Shown: in pieces, positions 21,032-32,200 of the stretch
Numbering within the stretch: the stretch's first letter is position 1
Layout of the letters: every line of letters begins with the position of its first letter
Source: a bacterium
GTDB taxonomy: Bacteria > Zhuqueibacterota > Zhuqueibacteria > Residuimicrobiales > Krinioviventaceae
Assembly (NCBI GenBank): GCA_963693055.1
Contig: OY843751.1
Coordinates: 320,001 to 384,000 of the forward strand
DNA length: 64,000 nucleotides
Direction of reading: 5' to 3'
Program-made: the position numbers and the translations under genes
The notes under the pieces: model-generated
Told to the model about the DNA's origin: nothing
Database searches by the model: none
What the model saw: only the letters and a program-made list of their open reading frames with translations

Positions 21032-22201
21032 TTAAAAATCTGCTATTCCTTCAATTTCTACAGTCAAATTATTACGGCAAATATCAGATACAAGAAACAA
21101 TGCAGGGATTTCTTTATAATATTTGTTACATATATTTTTTACTAAAGGAATATCACTCTTGTTTTTAACATAAACCCTTAAATATGAGGGTCCTTTTAAA
21201 CTATCGCGAATTGAAACACCGTGTGCTTTTAGATTATCAATTGAAATCAGTTTGTTTATATTTTGCAAAGTAGCAATTGTTTGATCAGAAACAGTGTTTT
21301 CTTGGATTGTATATTGACCTATTATTGCTGCTGTACCTGAAATGAAAATTTGATTTACAGACTCGTTAGACACTACTTTTGCACGTTCAAATTTTGGACG
21401 GGTTTTATTTGCAGCATTTTTACCTACCAGAACGTTTTCTGAATACTGGTGCGCGTCTATCTGGTTTGGATTTTTTATAGGATGGATTGAAATGTTTTTT
21501 GCAAAAGAGATTGCAATAAAATCGAGGATAACTCCACCAACATTCATACCTATTCCGGTTGCTGCAGGATACCCGTTATTAAAAGAGCTTTTAGCATAAA
21601 AAGTAGATCTGACGTTATTAAATATTTGATAATTTTGTTCTATTTTCTGGTCGCTGGTTTTAACATCTAGAATTTTTTCTATGTAATTCCATTGGCGAAC
21701 AATGTTGCTAAAATCCAATCCCTCGTTTTGTAAAATTAATTCCATTTTATTAAACGCGTTTTGGGATTGCTCTGAAATTCCACTGTTCAGATCAGACATT
21801 GTCAGTCCGGTTGCATAAACTTCTTTCATGTCAGTATTCTGGACGACCACATACTTTATATTTTTAACTTTTTTTTGCAGGATCTGATAGCCATCAGCTT
21901 TTTCAGCAACAATAATTTCTAATGCTAAATGTTTATTTTCTTCTGGCGGTTGACCTACAAAACTGGTCGGGGGTGTGGAAGAATTGAAATTTGTGTCTAA
22001 AATTTTTGCCAGTTGTTTTTTTATTTCAAGATAACTGGTATTATTTTCTGCATTAACGAATATCGTTTGTTTGAGAATGTCGCTATTATCTAAATATAAC
22101 GATTTTAAAGTTTTTTCTAATTGTAACAGGCAGTTCTTGAATTGTTCATCTACCGTTTCGCCTTTAGTTGGGATAAATCCAAAACACTTTTTCTTAATCA
22201 T
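21032..22201 (-). CDS. Rid-superfamily protein, FkbO/Hyg5 chorismatase-like
   Basis: VRQWNYI, YPAATGIG, PKFERA, ISGTAAI, DICRNNLTVEIEG. Confidence 0.75.
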   Translation of the reverse strand: MIKKKCFGFIPTKGETVDEQFKNCLLQLEKTLKSLYLDNSDILKQTIFVNAENNTSYLEIKKQLAKILDTNFNSSTPPTSFVGQPPEENKHLALEIIVAEKADGYQILQKKVKNIKYVVVQNTDMKEVYATGLTMSDLNSGISEQSQNAFNKMELILQNEGLDFSNIVRQWNYIEKILDVKTSDQKIEQNYQIFNNVRSTFYAKSSFNNGYPAATGIGMNVGGVILDFIAISFAKNISIHPIKNPNQIDAHQYSENVLVGKNAANKTRPKFERAKVVSNESVNQIFISGTAAIIGQYTIQENTVSDQTIATLQNINKLISIDNLKAHGVSIRDSLKGPSYLRVYVKNKSDIPLVKNICNKYYKEIPALFLVSDICRNNLTVEIEGIADF

Positions 22202-22525
22202 CTCCGTAACCTCTTACTACTTGATATGCCATTCAGTCGAATATTCATGTAAGCGTTGCGATGCAATGCTTTTAATTTTATATTAAGCAGCTTGTTTCAT
22301 TCATATTATACAAGAATCAGTGGCTCTTTATTAGGGCCAGAAAATAGTTTGACACTTTTTTTACTTTTCAAAACATCCTTTTATAAAACGCAAAAGATAA
22401 TAATTAAAGAAACAACATTGGAGTTCGTCCTTTTATCCATTCATGTTGTTTTTTCAAGTATCATCCTTTGTATTAAAACCTAATGACTGGAACATGTGAC
22501 TCATTAGGTTTTGATTTTTAATATT

Positions 22526-22557
22526 TAAACGAGGAGCAATTTTTTGCTCCTCGTTTA
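22526..22557 (-). terminator. Intrinsic terminator at the end of the TBDR operon
   Basis: taaacgaggagcaa..ttgctcctcgttta. Confidence 0.7.
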
Positions 22558-22583
22558 TTGTAAAGCTTAATTTAACAATGAAT

Positions 22584-25469
22584 TTATTTAATCAAAGTAA
22601 CCTTTTGTACTGAATTAAAATGGCTTGCTTGCATTTTGACAAAATAAATTCCGGAGGAAATGTTGTTACCAGCATCGTTAAGACCATCCCATACCATATC
22701 ATAGGTACCGGCTGTTTTATATTCATTAACCAGCGTACGGATTTTTTGACCCATAACATTATAAATATCAACAGATACCATGTTAGATACCGGGATTGTG
22801 TAGCGAATTGTGGTGCTGGGATTAAATGGATTTGGATATGCATTATAAAGCGTATAAGAAGCAGGAATTCTTTCTTTATCCAAATCTTCAATACCGGTTG
22901 TAAAGCCTTCACGTGGTTTGAAACCGGATGTGAAATATACTGCATCAATTTCCCATGTAGCCCGTTCAGGATTGATCCCATAAGGACCCCACAGGTTGTC
23001 AGCAGATTCCCAATATTGATCTTTGAGGGATTCACTTGCAGGTTTGGTGAACCATTTAAGGGTACGAACCTCAGAAGTTCTGAAAGCCACATCTTCACGA
23101 CTATCAGCAGATGAGCCTTCCCATGCTAAACTCCATGGCAGGATTGCATCAACAGCAGCAGAGTCTGACATTGTCAGGAATTTCCATGGCAAACTAACAT
23201 ATTGCCATTCGCCGGTAAAGTGTCTGTCTCTTACGACTGCCAATTCACCTAATTCATTAATATCAATTACGGTTTCACCATCGATAAACGCATTAACAGT
23301 TTCCTGTTTGTCGCCAGAGTAGGTGGTACCATCATAATCTGGTTGAAAACCCTGTACCAGGAACCACAGTGGAGCTGTACCTGGTTCAGCTTTGATCCAG
23401 AAACTTACCCGATCAGTTTCACTGGCGTCAAAAGGAACGTTGTAACCCGCTACAGGAGCATCTTCGCGGCGTAAATCCAACCAGCAATTGTCAGACGGAA
23501 TGCGTTCTCCACCAATACTAATGGTCATGGAATAAGGACCACTTGCAGGATTGTCAGAGTTGATTAACATCCAGTCTTCTGCATTTTGAACACACCAGCG
23601 AACAATCGTTTCACAGCCGGGTTCAGTTTTGGTTCCGTAACGAACCGGATTACCATTGTTGGTATTGAGTTTTTCCGGATCAGGATCCATCATTGCGTTG
23701 TCCCATACCGCAATTTCTGCAGGATATGATTCACAAGAATTAGATTTTTGGAATTTAATTTCATCAAGTTCCCATGTAGCCCGTTCAGGATTGATCCCAT
23801 AAGGACCCCACAGGTTGTCAGCAGATTCCCAATATTGATCTTTGAGGGATTCACTTGCAGGTTTGGTGAACCATTTAACGGTACGTACCTGATCAACTCT
23901 AAAAGCAACATCATCGCGAGAATCTGCAGATGAGCCTTCCCATGCCAAACTCCAGGGCAGCAATTCAGCAACAGCAGCCGAATCGCTCATGGTTAAGAAT
24001 TCCCATGGCAAACTAACAAATTGCCATTCACCGTTAAAATGATTGTCACGCAATACTTTTAAACCACCATTACCATCTTTAACGATTATGGTTTCACCAT
24101 CGATAAACGCATTAACAGTTTCCTGTTTGTCGCCAGAGTAGGTGGTGCCATCATAATCTGGTTGAAAACCCTGTATCAGGAACCACAGTGGAGCTGTGCC
24201 GGGTTCAGCTTTGATCCAAAAAGTAACCCGGTCAGTATTACTGGCATCAAACGGTACATTATATCCCGCAACAGGAGCATCTTCGCGGCGTAAATCAAGC
24301 CAGCAATTGTCAGACGGAATGCGTTCTCCACCAATACTAATGGTCATGGAATAAGGACCACTTGCAGGATCGTCAGAGTTGATCAACATCCAGTCTTCTG
24401 CATTTTGAACGCACCAGCGAACAATATTTTCAGAACCGGGTTCAGTTTTGGTTCCGTAACGAACCGGATTGCCATTGTTGGTATTGAGCTTTTCCGGATC
24501 AGGATCCATCATTTCATTTGCCCATACATCAACTTCAGGTGTCAAGCAGTCATCAATTTCATCAGTATTAAAAGTGTCAAACATAATTTCATCAATTTCC
24601 CATGTAGCCCGTTCAGGATTGATCCCATAAGGGCCCCACAGGTTGTCAGCAGATTCCCAATATTGATCTTTGAGGAATTCACTTGCAGGTTTGGTGAACC
24701 ATTTAACGGTACGTACTTGATCAACTCTAAAAGCAACATCATCGCGAGAATCTGCAGATGAGCCTTCCCATGCCAAACTCCAGGGCAGCAATTCAGCAAC
24801 AGCAGCCGAATCGCTCATGGTTAAGAATTCCCATGGCAAACTAACAAATTGCCATTCACCGTTAAAATGATTGTCACGCAATACTTTTAAACCACCATTA
24901 CCATCTTTAACGATTATGGTTTCACCATCGATAAACGCATTAACAGTTTCCTGTTTGTCGCCAGAGTAGGTGGTACCATCATAATCTGGTTGAAAACCCT
25001 GTATCAGGAACCACAGTGGAGCTGTGCCGGGTTCAGCTTTGATCCAAAAAGTAACCCGGTCTGTACCACTGGCATCAAACGGTACATTATATCCCGCAAC
25101 AGGAGCATCTTCGCGGCGTAAATCAAGCCAGCAATTGTCAGACGGAATGCGTTCTCCACCAATACTAATGGTCATGGAATAAGGACCACTTGCAGGATCG
25201 TCAGAGTTGATCAACATCCAGTCTTCTGCATTTTGAACGCACCAGCGAACAATATTTTCAGAACCGGGTTCAGTTTTGGTTCCGTAACGAACCGGATTAC
25301 CATTATTGGTATTGAGCTTTTCCGGATCAGGATCCATCATTTCATTTGCCCATACTTTGACAGCATCGACAGTGTTTGTGGTAGTTTTTGATTCTTTGGC
25401 GGACAATGATCCAAACATAAAGAATGTAAAGACGAGTCCACAAAGTACTAGTAGTTTTGTTTTAAACAT
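22584..25469 (-). CDS. Secreted protein with three tandem CBM11/CIA30-like domains and T9SS/FlgD-type CTD
   Basis: Signal peptide; three ~255-aa repeats (FDAS.TDRV.FWIKA, EWQ.VSLPW); NAYPNPFNPST...KVTLIK. Confidence 0.8.
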   Translation of the reverse strand: MFKTKLLVLCGLVFTFFMFGSLSAKESKTTTNTVDAVKVWANEMMDPDPEKLNTNNGNPVRYGTKTEPGSENIVRWCVQNAEDWMLINSDDPASGPYSMTISIGGERIPSDNCWLDLRREDAPVAGYNVPFDASGTDRVTFWIKAEPGTAPLWFLIQGFQPDYDGTTYSGDKQETVNAFIDGETIIVKDGNGGLKVLRDNHFNGEWQFVSLPWEFLTMSDSAAVAELLPWSLAWEGSSADSRDDVAFRVDQVRTVKWFTKPASEFLKDQYWESADNLWGPYGINPERATWEIDEIMFDTFNTDEIDDCLTPEVDVWANEMMDPDPEKLNTNNGNPVRYGTKTEPGSENIVRWCVQNAEDWMLINSDDPASGPYSMTISIGGERIPSDNCWLDLRREDAPVAGYNVPFDASNTDRVTFWIKAEPGTAPLWFLIQGFQPDYDGTTYSGDKQETVNAFIDGETIIVKDGNGGLKVLRDNHFNGEWQFVSLPWEFLTMSDSAAVAELLPWSLAWEGSSADSRDDVAFRVDQVRTVKWFTKPASESLKDQYWESADNLWGPYGINPERATWELDEIKFQKSNSCESYPAEIAVWDNAMMDPDPEKLNTNNGNPVRYGTKTEPGCETIVRWCVQNAEDWMLINSDNPASGPYSMTISIGGERIPSDNCWLDLRREDAPVAGYNVPFDASETDRVSFWIKAEPGTAPLWFLVQGFQPDYDGTTYSGDKQETVNAFIDGETVIDINELGELAVVRDRHFTGEWQYVSLPWKFLTMSDSAAVDAILPWSLAWEGSSADSREDVAFRTSEVRTLKWFTKPASESLKDQYWESADNLWGPYGINPERATWEIDAVYFTSGFKPREGFTTGIEDLDKERIPASYTLYNAYPNPFNPSTTIRYTIPVSNMVSVDIYNVMGQKIRTLVNEYKTAGTYDMVWDGLNDAGNNISSGIYFVKMQASHFNSVQKVTLIK
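22943..25354 (-). repeat. Three intragenic tandem repeats of ~765 bp (periods 828 and 819 bp)
   Basis: Units at ~24590-25354, ~23762-24526 and ~22943-23707; catgtagccc marker at 24601, 23773 and 22954. Confidence 0.95.
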
Positions 25470-25624
25470 GTTTTCATTTCTCCTAACGTAGCAAATGAGT
25501 AGTAATTATGAATTGATCTGCGTTTCTTTCGAATTATTCGATTTTATCACATTTCAAAACAAAAGATACTTTTTCTTGATCTATATCCGGTTTTGAATTT
25601 TCCGAATTGATCAATCGCTTTTCT

Positions 25625-25683
25625 TATCACCTCCTTTTAATATTATTATGTAAAGATGAGTGGTCTCTTGTATCACCTCCTTT
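25625..25683 (-). promoter_or_regulatory. Two perfect start-less Shine-Dalgarno elements AAAGGAGGTGATA
   Basis: tatcacctccttt at 25625-25637 and 25671-25683; no start codon at normal spacing. Confidence 0.6.
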
Positions 25684-25689
25684 GTATTT

Positions 25690-27183
25690 TTAATGAATTT
25701 TATCTATGTATTCTATCAAATGGTCGTTAGTGATTATTGGAAAAAATGGTACAACATATTTATAGGGTTGGTCTTGGTGCATTACCAATAAATCTATAGA
25801 AGAAAGAGAGATATCTTCAAATGTCTTGAAATCTAGTTTGACCTTTTGGTAATATTTTTCCTGTAGTTTGTTGATGTATGGATTCAAGGTTTCGTTCAAT
25901 ATTTCATGATAATTTTTTGCAAAATCTCTGTTCTCTTGAACAGAATCTAAAAATTGGTGTTTTTTATTTAATGCAAAAAAAGTATCCTTCCACATGTTGA
26001 CATTTCTCTCAACAATATTGACTTTGTCATAACCTGCTTTATAAGCTTGTTGGGTTATGAAATGATCTCGAACAAGATCTGCAATAGCGAGACGTAACTG
26101 TTTTGGGAATTCATTGGGATTTACTTTATTGGTTCGGAAAACAAGTGGGTGAAACATGAGTGCATTTCGAAAATCATCAACTGTCCACACGTTGCCATCA
26201 ATTGTGAAAAAGACCTCTTGTAAAAATGCCTCATTGGACATTTCTTGTAAAGATTTTGGATTCTGTTCATCTTCCTGTTGCCATAATTGATTTATGGCAA
26301 TGTCCTTTTTTTCTTCTGATGTTGGGAAATATGAAGCATATAATATATCTGCCATTCTATTGAAAACGTCTTTATTAAAATCCATACGTTTACCACGCAT
26401 AATTTCAGAAACACGATTTTCCCAAATGACACTTGCTTTAATCTCTGTTAGTTTTTCGGTTATCTGATCTAGTCTTTCTCTCTGCTGTTTTTCTGTAATG
26501 ACTTTGGTATCAGTCCAGCCAAGTATTTTGATAAAAAGATAACCGTTTTCATCAAATTTGATTGGAGACAGCACTTGATCTTTGGTAAGGTTTTGTGAAA
26601 ATAAAGTTTGATGCAGTTTTATGTGTTCATCACTGTTCCATTGAACTTTACGAGTTGGTGCATTTTTTTCGCCCGTCATTTGAAAATAAAATTCATCAAA
26701 TTTTTGAGGATTTTGTACCAATTCATCATGTGCTTTTTCTGCAACGGTACTGTCAGTAATTGTGAAATAAGCAACATCATATTCCCGACCTGCAAATTTA
26801 TATGCATTTGTTAGTTCAGTATTGTCTAAAACAACTTTATCTGTAGCTTCAACATGATGCATATACTGACGCATTGCCTGTTCTTTATGTCCTTTGATAT
26901 AGTTTTGAAACTCTATGTTTTCCAGCAAGGGGGAATCACTTTCAGCTTCAATTGCCAGTATTTTTTCCGCAATGAGTGAGTTTAATATGATTTTTTTGTG
27001 AATATATGTATTGGCTTTGCAATAGTCTGGTCTTGGTACATATTCGGCGCGCCGAATAAATTCGTTAACACTAATAGTTGCCTTGCCGTCAATGTCTACG
27101 AGGATTTTTTCCTGAGGCTCTTTTGGTGTTTTGGTGCTGCAAGAAAAAAGTAAAAATATCAATATTAAAATTTTATACTTCAT
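25690..27183 (-). CDS. SurA/PrsA-like chaperone (PPIase-like) lipoprotein
   Basis: Lipobox LFSC; ISVNEFIRRAE, ILNSLIAEKILAIEA; degenerate parvulin-like middle; duplicated helical module. Confidence 0.55.
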   Translation of the reverse strand: MKYKILILIFLLFSCSTKTPKEPQEKILVDIDGKATISVNEFIRRAEYVPRPDYCKANTYIHKKIILNSLIAEKILAIEAESDSPLLENIEFQNYIKGHKEQAMRQYMHHVEATDKVVLDNTELTNAYKFAGREYDVAYFTITDSTVAEKAHDELVQNPQKFDEFYFQMTGEKNAPTRKVQWNSDEHIKLHQTLFSQNLTKDQVLSPIKFDENGYLFIKILGWTDTKVITEKQQRERLDQITEKLTEIKASVIWENRVSEIMRGKRMDFNKDVFNRMADILYASYFPTSEEKKDIAINQLWQQEDEQNPKSLQEMSNEAFLQEVFFTIDGNVWTVDDFRNALMFHPLVFRTNKVNPNEFPKQLRLAIADLVRDHFITQQAYKAGYDKVNIVERNVNMWKDTFFALNKKHQFLDSVQENRDFAKNYHEILNETLNPYINKLQEKYYQKVKLDFKTFEDISLSSIDLLVMHQDQPYKYVVPFFPIITNDHLIEYIDKIH

Positions 27184-27222
27184 GGTAATTAACCAACATT
27201 TTAATAATTGTAATGATTGATT

Positions 27223-27255
27223 TAAATGTCCGATCTAAAAAAGATCGGACATTTA
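27223..27255 (-). terminator. Intra-operon hairpin (terminator or stability element)
   Basis: taaatgtccgatct..agatcggacattta. Confidence 0.65.
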
Positions 27256-27286
27256 TTTAGTTTAATTTATTTGAGTAGCGGTGCAT

Positions 27287-28102
27287 TTATTCAAGTTCCA
27301 AAAAGTAGTTATACCGGTCAGCAACCGCATAGTTGTTCCAAAGACCGCCTTCGGTTGTTAACATTGCGAAAAAGTATCTTGCATTAAAACCATCAACACC
27401 GTCTTTATTTTCAAAATATTCAAAGGTTAATCCATCTCCATTTATCCAGTTAAGAAGAGTAAAACCTCCATCACCTGTAGGTTCATAACGGATACCGATC
27501 CATGTTTCACCCATATCCAGCTCCATCATTGCATTAAAGAGAAAAGAGTGCTCTTCCTGAGTAGCAATGCAAGGTAAATATCCGCCGGCAAGATCACAGT
27601 TGTAATTAGCCTCTGGCCAGGTAATTTTTGAACGAGAGATGTAGTAACAGTGACCGCCGAACCTTCCAAGTAATATGAATATATCGGGATCCGCCCAAAA
27701 TTTGGTTACTACAACCTGCATTTCTTTTTCTGCCTCATTAATGTTGTCTTTTAATGTAAAGCTTGTTGTTGTTCCGCTGTCAGATTTGGCAACAGCATAA
27801 AACGAGTTTGGATCATCAGCAATGGGGAGTATCTCGAAAACACTATTATCTTCAATTGTCCACTGATATTCAGGGTCTTCCAATAGTCGGGTAGTAAGTT
27901 TAAGCAACAATGTATCGCCTTCATTAATATACAGAGAGTCAACTCCATGAGGCTTATCATCCGATTGGTTGATATATATTTCATCTCCTAAAATTTTTGC
28001 CTTGTTGTAATTCAATTCTGGCTCAGTATGGCTATTAAAATCACACGCAACGATTCCAAAGCTAACTATCGCCACAAACAGAATTAAAAACCTATATTTC
28101 AT
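27287..28102 (-). CDS. C-type lectin domain lipoprotein
   Basis: Lipobox IVAC; GHCYY..TWPEA...C...GGYL..I..EE..FL, WIGI. Confidence 0.8.
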   Translation of the reverse strand: MKYRFLILFVAIVSFGIVACDFNSHTEPELNYNKAKILGDEIYINQSDDKPHGVDSLYINEGDTLLLKLTTRLLEDPEYQWTIEDNSVFEILPIADDPNSFYAVAKSDSGTTTSFTLKDNINEAEKEMQVVVTKFWADPDIFILLGRFGGHCYYISRSKITWPEANYNCDLAGGYLPCIATQEEHSFLFNAMMELDMGETWIGIRYEPTGDGGFTLLNWINGDGLTFEYFENKDGVDGFNARYFFAMLTTEGGLWNNYAVADRYNYFLELE

Positions 28103-28162
28103 TGTGCCTCCTATATCTATTATTAACTCTTGTTACAAGAGTAATCAATTATTGGATGGTTA

Positions 28163-29224
28163 TTAAAATTGCACACCAAAACTGCTGCAATGAATGTTGC
28201 CCAAAACTCCAAGCGTACGATAGGCATAATCAATATTGATTGACAGATTTGGAGAAAGATGATAATTTAAACCAGCTCCAAAAGTGGGCCCATAGTTAGA
28301 TTTTTCTAAAAACAGGGCTTTGTAGCCTGCCCGTAGAGAGAAATCTCCATATCCCGGGGCAAAAAATTTGTATTCTGCACCAGCATTAATGGATTCACCC
28401 ATGTTGTTTGGATGCAGGGCGTCAGCCTCCAGGACTAATTTTTGGTTTCCCAAAGAGATAGGAGTAACGGCAATACCAACCCGGAAAATGAGTGGTAATT
28501 CCCATTCAGACATTTTATATTTTCCCTGAAGATTTTGATAATTACCGTTAGCATCTACGTCAATGTCTACCGGAATCAGCAAATCATCACCATCGTATTC
28601 CATCTTTGAGCCATAATTTGATATGCTCATACCAATACGAAGACCATCTTTATTCTTGCTGTTAGGTGAAAAGAACGGGGTTTGCACAAGAACGCCCAAA
28701 TCAGCAGCAATAGCGTGACTGTTTGTATGCCAAATTTTTGAGTTGATGTATTTAAACGTAGCACCAAAGGAAAACCATTGAGCAATACTTTGGGCATATG
28801 ATAAACTAAAGTTGTAATCTAGTGCTGTATATTTTTCACCAGTACCATTCTGGTATTCAAGCGTTGTCACATCGATATCACCATAATTAAGGCTAAATAC
28901 TCCTACTGCTATAGTGCCGAGTCCCTGCAATGGCATAGCGAATCCTGAAAACATTGAATTTATATCAACCACCCATGGTTGATACATAAACAGCGCTTCG
29001 TTAGATTTCAAAAAGGCTAGACCAGCAGGGTTCCAATAAATGGATGACATGTCTCCGGTAGATGCAACATATGCATCTCCCATGGCATTGCCAGCAGCGC
29101 CAATCCCTATTTCCAAAAAACTAGCGGATGTTGTACCAACCCTATAGGGTTGCTGGGCTAGTCCCTGAATGCTTATCAGTAAAAAAAATGTCAAAATTGA
29201 AACTCTAAGGTGTCCTCTTAACAT
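28163..29224 (-). CDS. PorV/PorQ family outer-membrane beta-barrel
   Basis: FLEIGIGA...AMGDAYVA, IYWNPAGLA, LPLIFRVGIA, DYAY, terminal F. Confidence 0.9.
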   Translation of the reverse strand: MLRGHLRVSILTFFLLISIQGLAQQPYRVGTTSASFLEIGIGAAGNAMGDAYVASTGDMSSIYWNPAGLAFLKSNEALFMYQPWVVDINSMFSGFAMPLQGLGTIAVGVFSLNYGDIDVTTLEYQNGTGEKYTALDYNFSLSYAQSIAQWFSFGATFKYINSKIWHTNSHAIAADLGVLVQTPFFSPNSKNKDGLRIGMSISNYGSKMEYDGDDLLIPVDIDVDANGNYQNLQGKYKMSEWELPLIFRVGIAVTPISLGNQKLVLEADALHPNNMGESINAGAEYKFFAPGYGDFSLRAGYKALFLEKSNYGPTFGAGLNYHLSPNLSINIDYAYRTLGVLGNIHCSSFGVQF

Positions 29225-29260
29225 TACTTTATCCTTTCAATCTTAAAAAAATTTGTGAAC

Positions 29261-32200
29261 TTATTTAATGACACCAAATTTGCCGACTTTTTCTTCACCG
29301 GTCTCATCATCTTTAACATGATATAAATACATACCGGCAGCTATTTCCAATCCTTCCCAGGAAAGCATATCCCAGTGTAGAGTACCGGTATTATTGTCGC
29401 CAAAGCCTGAAAAGGTTGTCAAGCAGTCTCCCGGGCTATTTAATTCCCGTACAAGCATACCACTCACTGTAAAGATTTTGATAGTACATTTGGCAGGTAG
29501 ATTTGTAAATAACAATCTTCTACGCTGGTTCAGATATTTATTGACCACAGAGGGTTCCATCATATTTGTAGCAACATAAGGATTGGGAACTACACGTATG
29601 GAATCCATTAATGATTTCGCATTATTCGTATTGATCAATTTTTCGGCAGAAACTGTGAATGTCAATGAATCGGTTTTATACCAGGGTTTTAGGTGGCGAA
29701 TGGCATAAACATCGTTTGCTTTGGGTAAGTCACTTTCGTCATCGCAGCGTTGGAAATCAATGATGAATAAAACCCCATCCCATAATTTATTTGCATTATA
29801 TGGGCCAGCCAAAATACGATCTTCCAGAATATCAAACTGGCCGTTAGCATTCATGTCCTGAACCAGCATATCTAAAACACGAGGTGCTCCGGTAGAATCG
29901 GCAAAATCCAGACATTCAATTCTAAAGTTAAACTCTTCTTCAACCAGCAATTCATCTTTATTTAATCTGTTTCCATTTTCATCGTCAAGATAACCGGCAT
30001 ATCGCTGGGTAATCTGTGTTTTATGCAGGGGCTGATCGGAAAAGACAATGTTATAATCCCAGCTATAGCATTCCATGGCCAGGTTATCAATATAACGGAT
30101 GTTCATGGGAGATTCACCAGGCATCCATCCTGTGTTGGCCACATCGAGTTCTGCCAGGTCTGCATCCATTTGAACGCCCAGTTGTATTCCATCAAAAATA
30201 TCTGTCCACAAGAGTTCAGATGATGCCAGGTGGTAATGGTCGTCCTTTTCAATAATGGAAGTCATGTTAGCAGGGCCGCCACTTCCTAATACATCTGCAA
30301 GAACCAGTCTGTTATCTTCTGTTACATCATAGACCTTTAATCCATTAGCAGTGTATTTATATCCATAACCTGCATGGTATCTATAAGCAGAATCAATCTG
30401 ATCATAAGAGAATTTTATTTTATAGACGTGGTCATCTTTTAATGAATTGATATCAATAACTTGAGGAACAATTTTACCACCACCAATAGAACCATTATCA
30501 TCAACCTGAAAATCAACAGTCACTTCCTCTCCCGCAGCATCAGAACCGGGGGTAACAATTGCTACATTAGCACCAATGAATTCTATATTTTCAGAATCAT
30601 CTTTTCTGATAATGGCATTGTTTTCGGATGGAGAAATTCCGGCATTTTCATCCTGAGATATGAGGGAGGTTCCCTTGAGTCTGTCAGGTTCTATACCATA
30701 GTCGTAAGCTACCAGGGCATAATAATAGGTACGTCCATTTTGAACGGTTTCATCTTTGAATGAATACGCTACACCAGAGTTGTCACCCAGATAATAAGCC
30801 GTTCCATTCAAAAATCCCCAGGTGGCAAAACCTTCATACTCGTTTTTAAGGTCGCATTGAAAAATGGGTTTTGAAAAAGCTGCAGATCCATAACCATCTG
30901 TTATTACCATGGGATCAAGCATATCCGGATCTGTGGAACGATATACTTTATAGCCTTCAAAATCATTCTCTCCATTAAGAAATGATTCTTTTGTCAATCG
31001 GTCTGAACGATCGTCCCACATGAGTTGAACAAAACCGTCTCCGGCAACAGCCGTGAGCTTGGGCATTTCGGGTGGTTGAGCAAAACGATAGTCTTTTTCA
31101 TAAATAAGCTGAACTACATTTTTTAATGTAAAAAGGGCGGGAGCTGAATGATCAGCAGAAGTCAAACCTGCAAGGTCATCAAAAGTATGCAGCTCGGAAA
31201 TTGAGATAAATTCAGTTTGACCACGGTAAAGCGGAAAGATAGCCGTAGAAAATAGCTGAAACAGGTTGTCGATGTGTGTGGCACCGGCTTCCAGAATTCC
31301 ACTGGTCATATTTCTATATACGGACTCGTCATTTCTGAACCAGTTTACATAAGGCGCTGTATGTATAGGCGCTTCGTAAAATAACAATGTTGTTAAACCC
31401 AACATATCAGTTTCAGTTACATCAGTCCAGCCAAAATTTGGTTCAGCGTAACCTTCTCCAATGTCCGGTTTGTGATTACATTCAGTGCCGTCAGCATCGG
31501 GACCGGTATAATTTAATTCACTGGGAGAAACACCGTCGAGACCAATATCATCACCGGCATATTCGTCTGCCTGATAAATTCCGTCATTATTGGTGTCTTC
31601 ACCATCAGACCAATCCTGATCTTCGTCACCTGACCAATGCTCTACCAAATCTTCTTCAGTTTTGCCATAAAAGGATAGAAAATCATCTAAATTGGTTATA
31701 CCGTCATACTTGCCGACAAACATACCAGCGTCATTGTCACGCTCTTCATCGACCAAACCATCCTGATCATTATCTATAAAGTCATTAAAAATACCAGGAC
31801 TTTCAAGATAGGCATAACCCGCGGTTCCGGTTTTATATCCACCAGAACCAACTCCGTCAGTATCCCAGCAATATGACAAGTTCATAACTTTATTAAAATT
31901 GCCATCTTCACCCGTGTTTTCGCCACCAATATTATTGTCTAGCCAGTAACCAAATGCCATATTGGGTAGATCATAATCTGAAATATTTGCAACAGTATAT
32001 TCCCAAAAGATACAATCCTGTGCCATGGGATTGTTCCACTGAAAACCTCTCTGTTTGACTCTGATTCCCAGGCCACCCCAGGGTTCTCCTTTTTGTACAG
32101 TCACACTGCCATCAATATCACCAATTTTAACATCTTTGCGTGGATAATATTTTACCTTGTCGTCTTCTCCAAGGTATTCGAGGTCTTGGGCATCATTGGC

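Noticed and set aside
25625-25683. 16S rRNA gene fragment
   Set aside because: Only the anti-SD tail matches, twice; no flanking rRNA sequence
22943-28102. Diversity-generating retroelement (repeats near a C-type lectin gene)
   Set aside because: No reverse transcriptase; repeats are in-frame domains, differences are not adenine-specific, and no template copy of the lectin or FISUMP 3' end was seen
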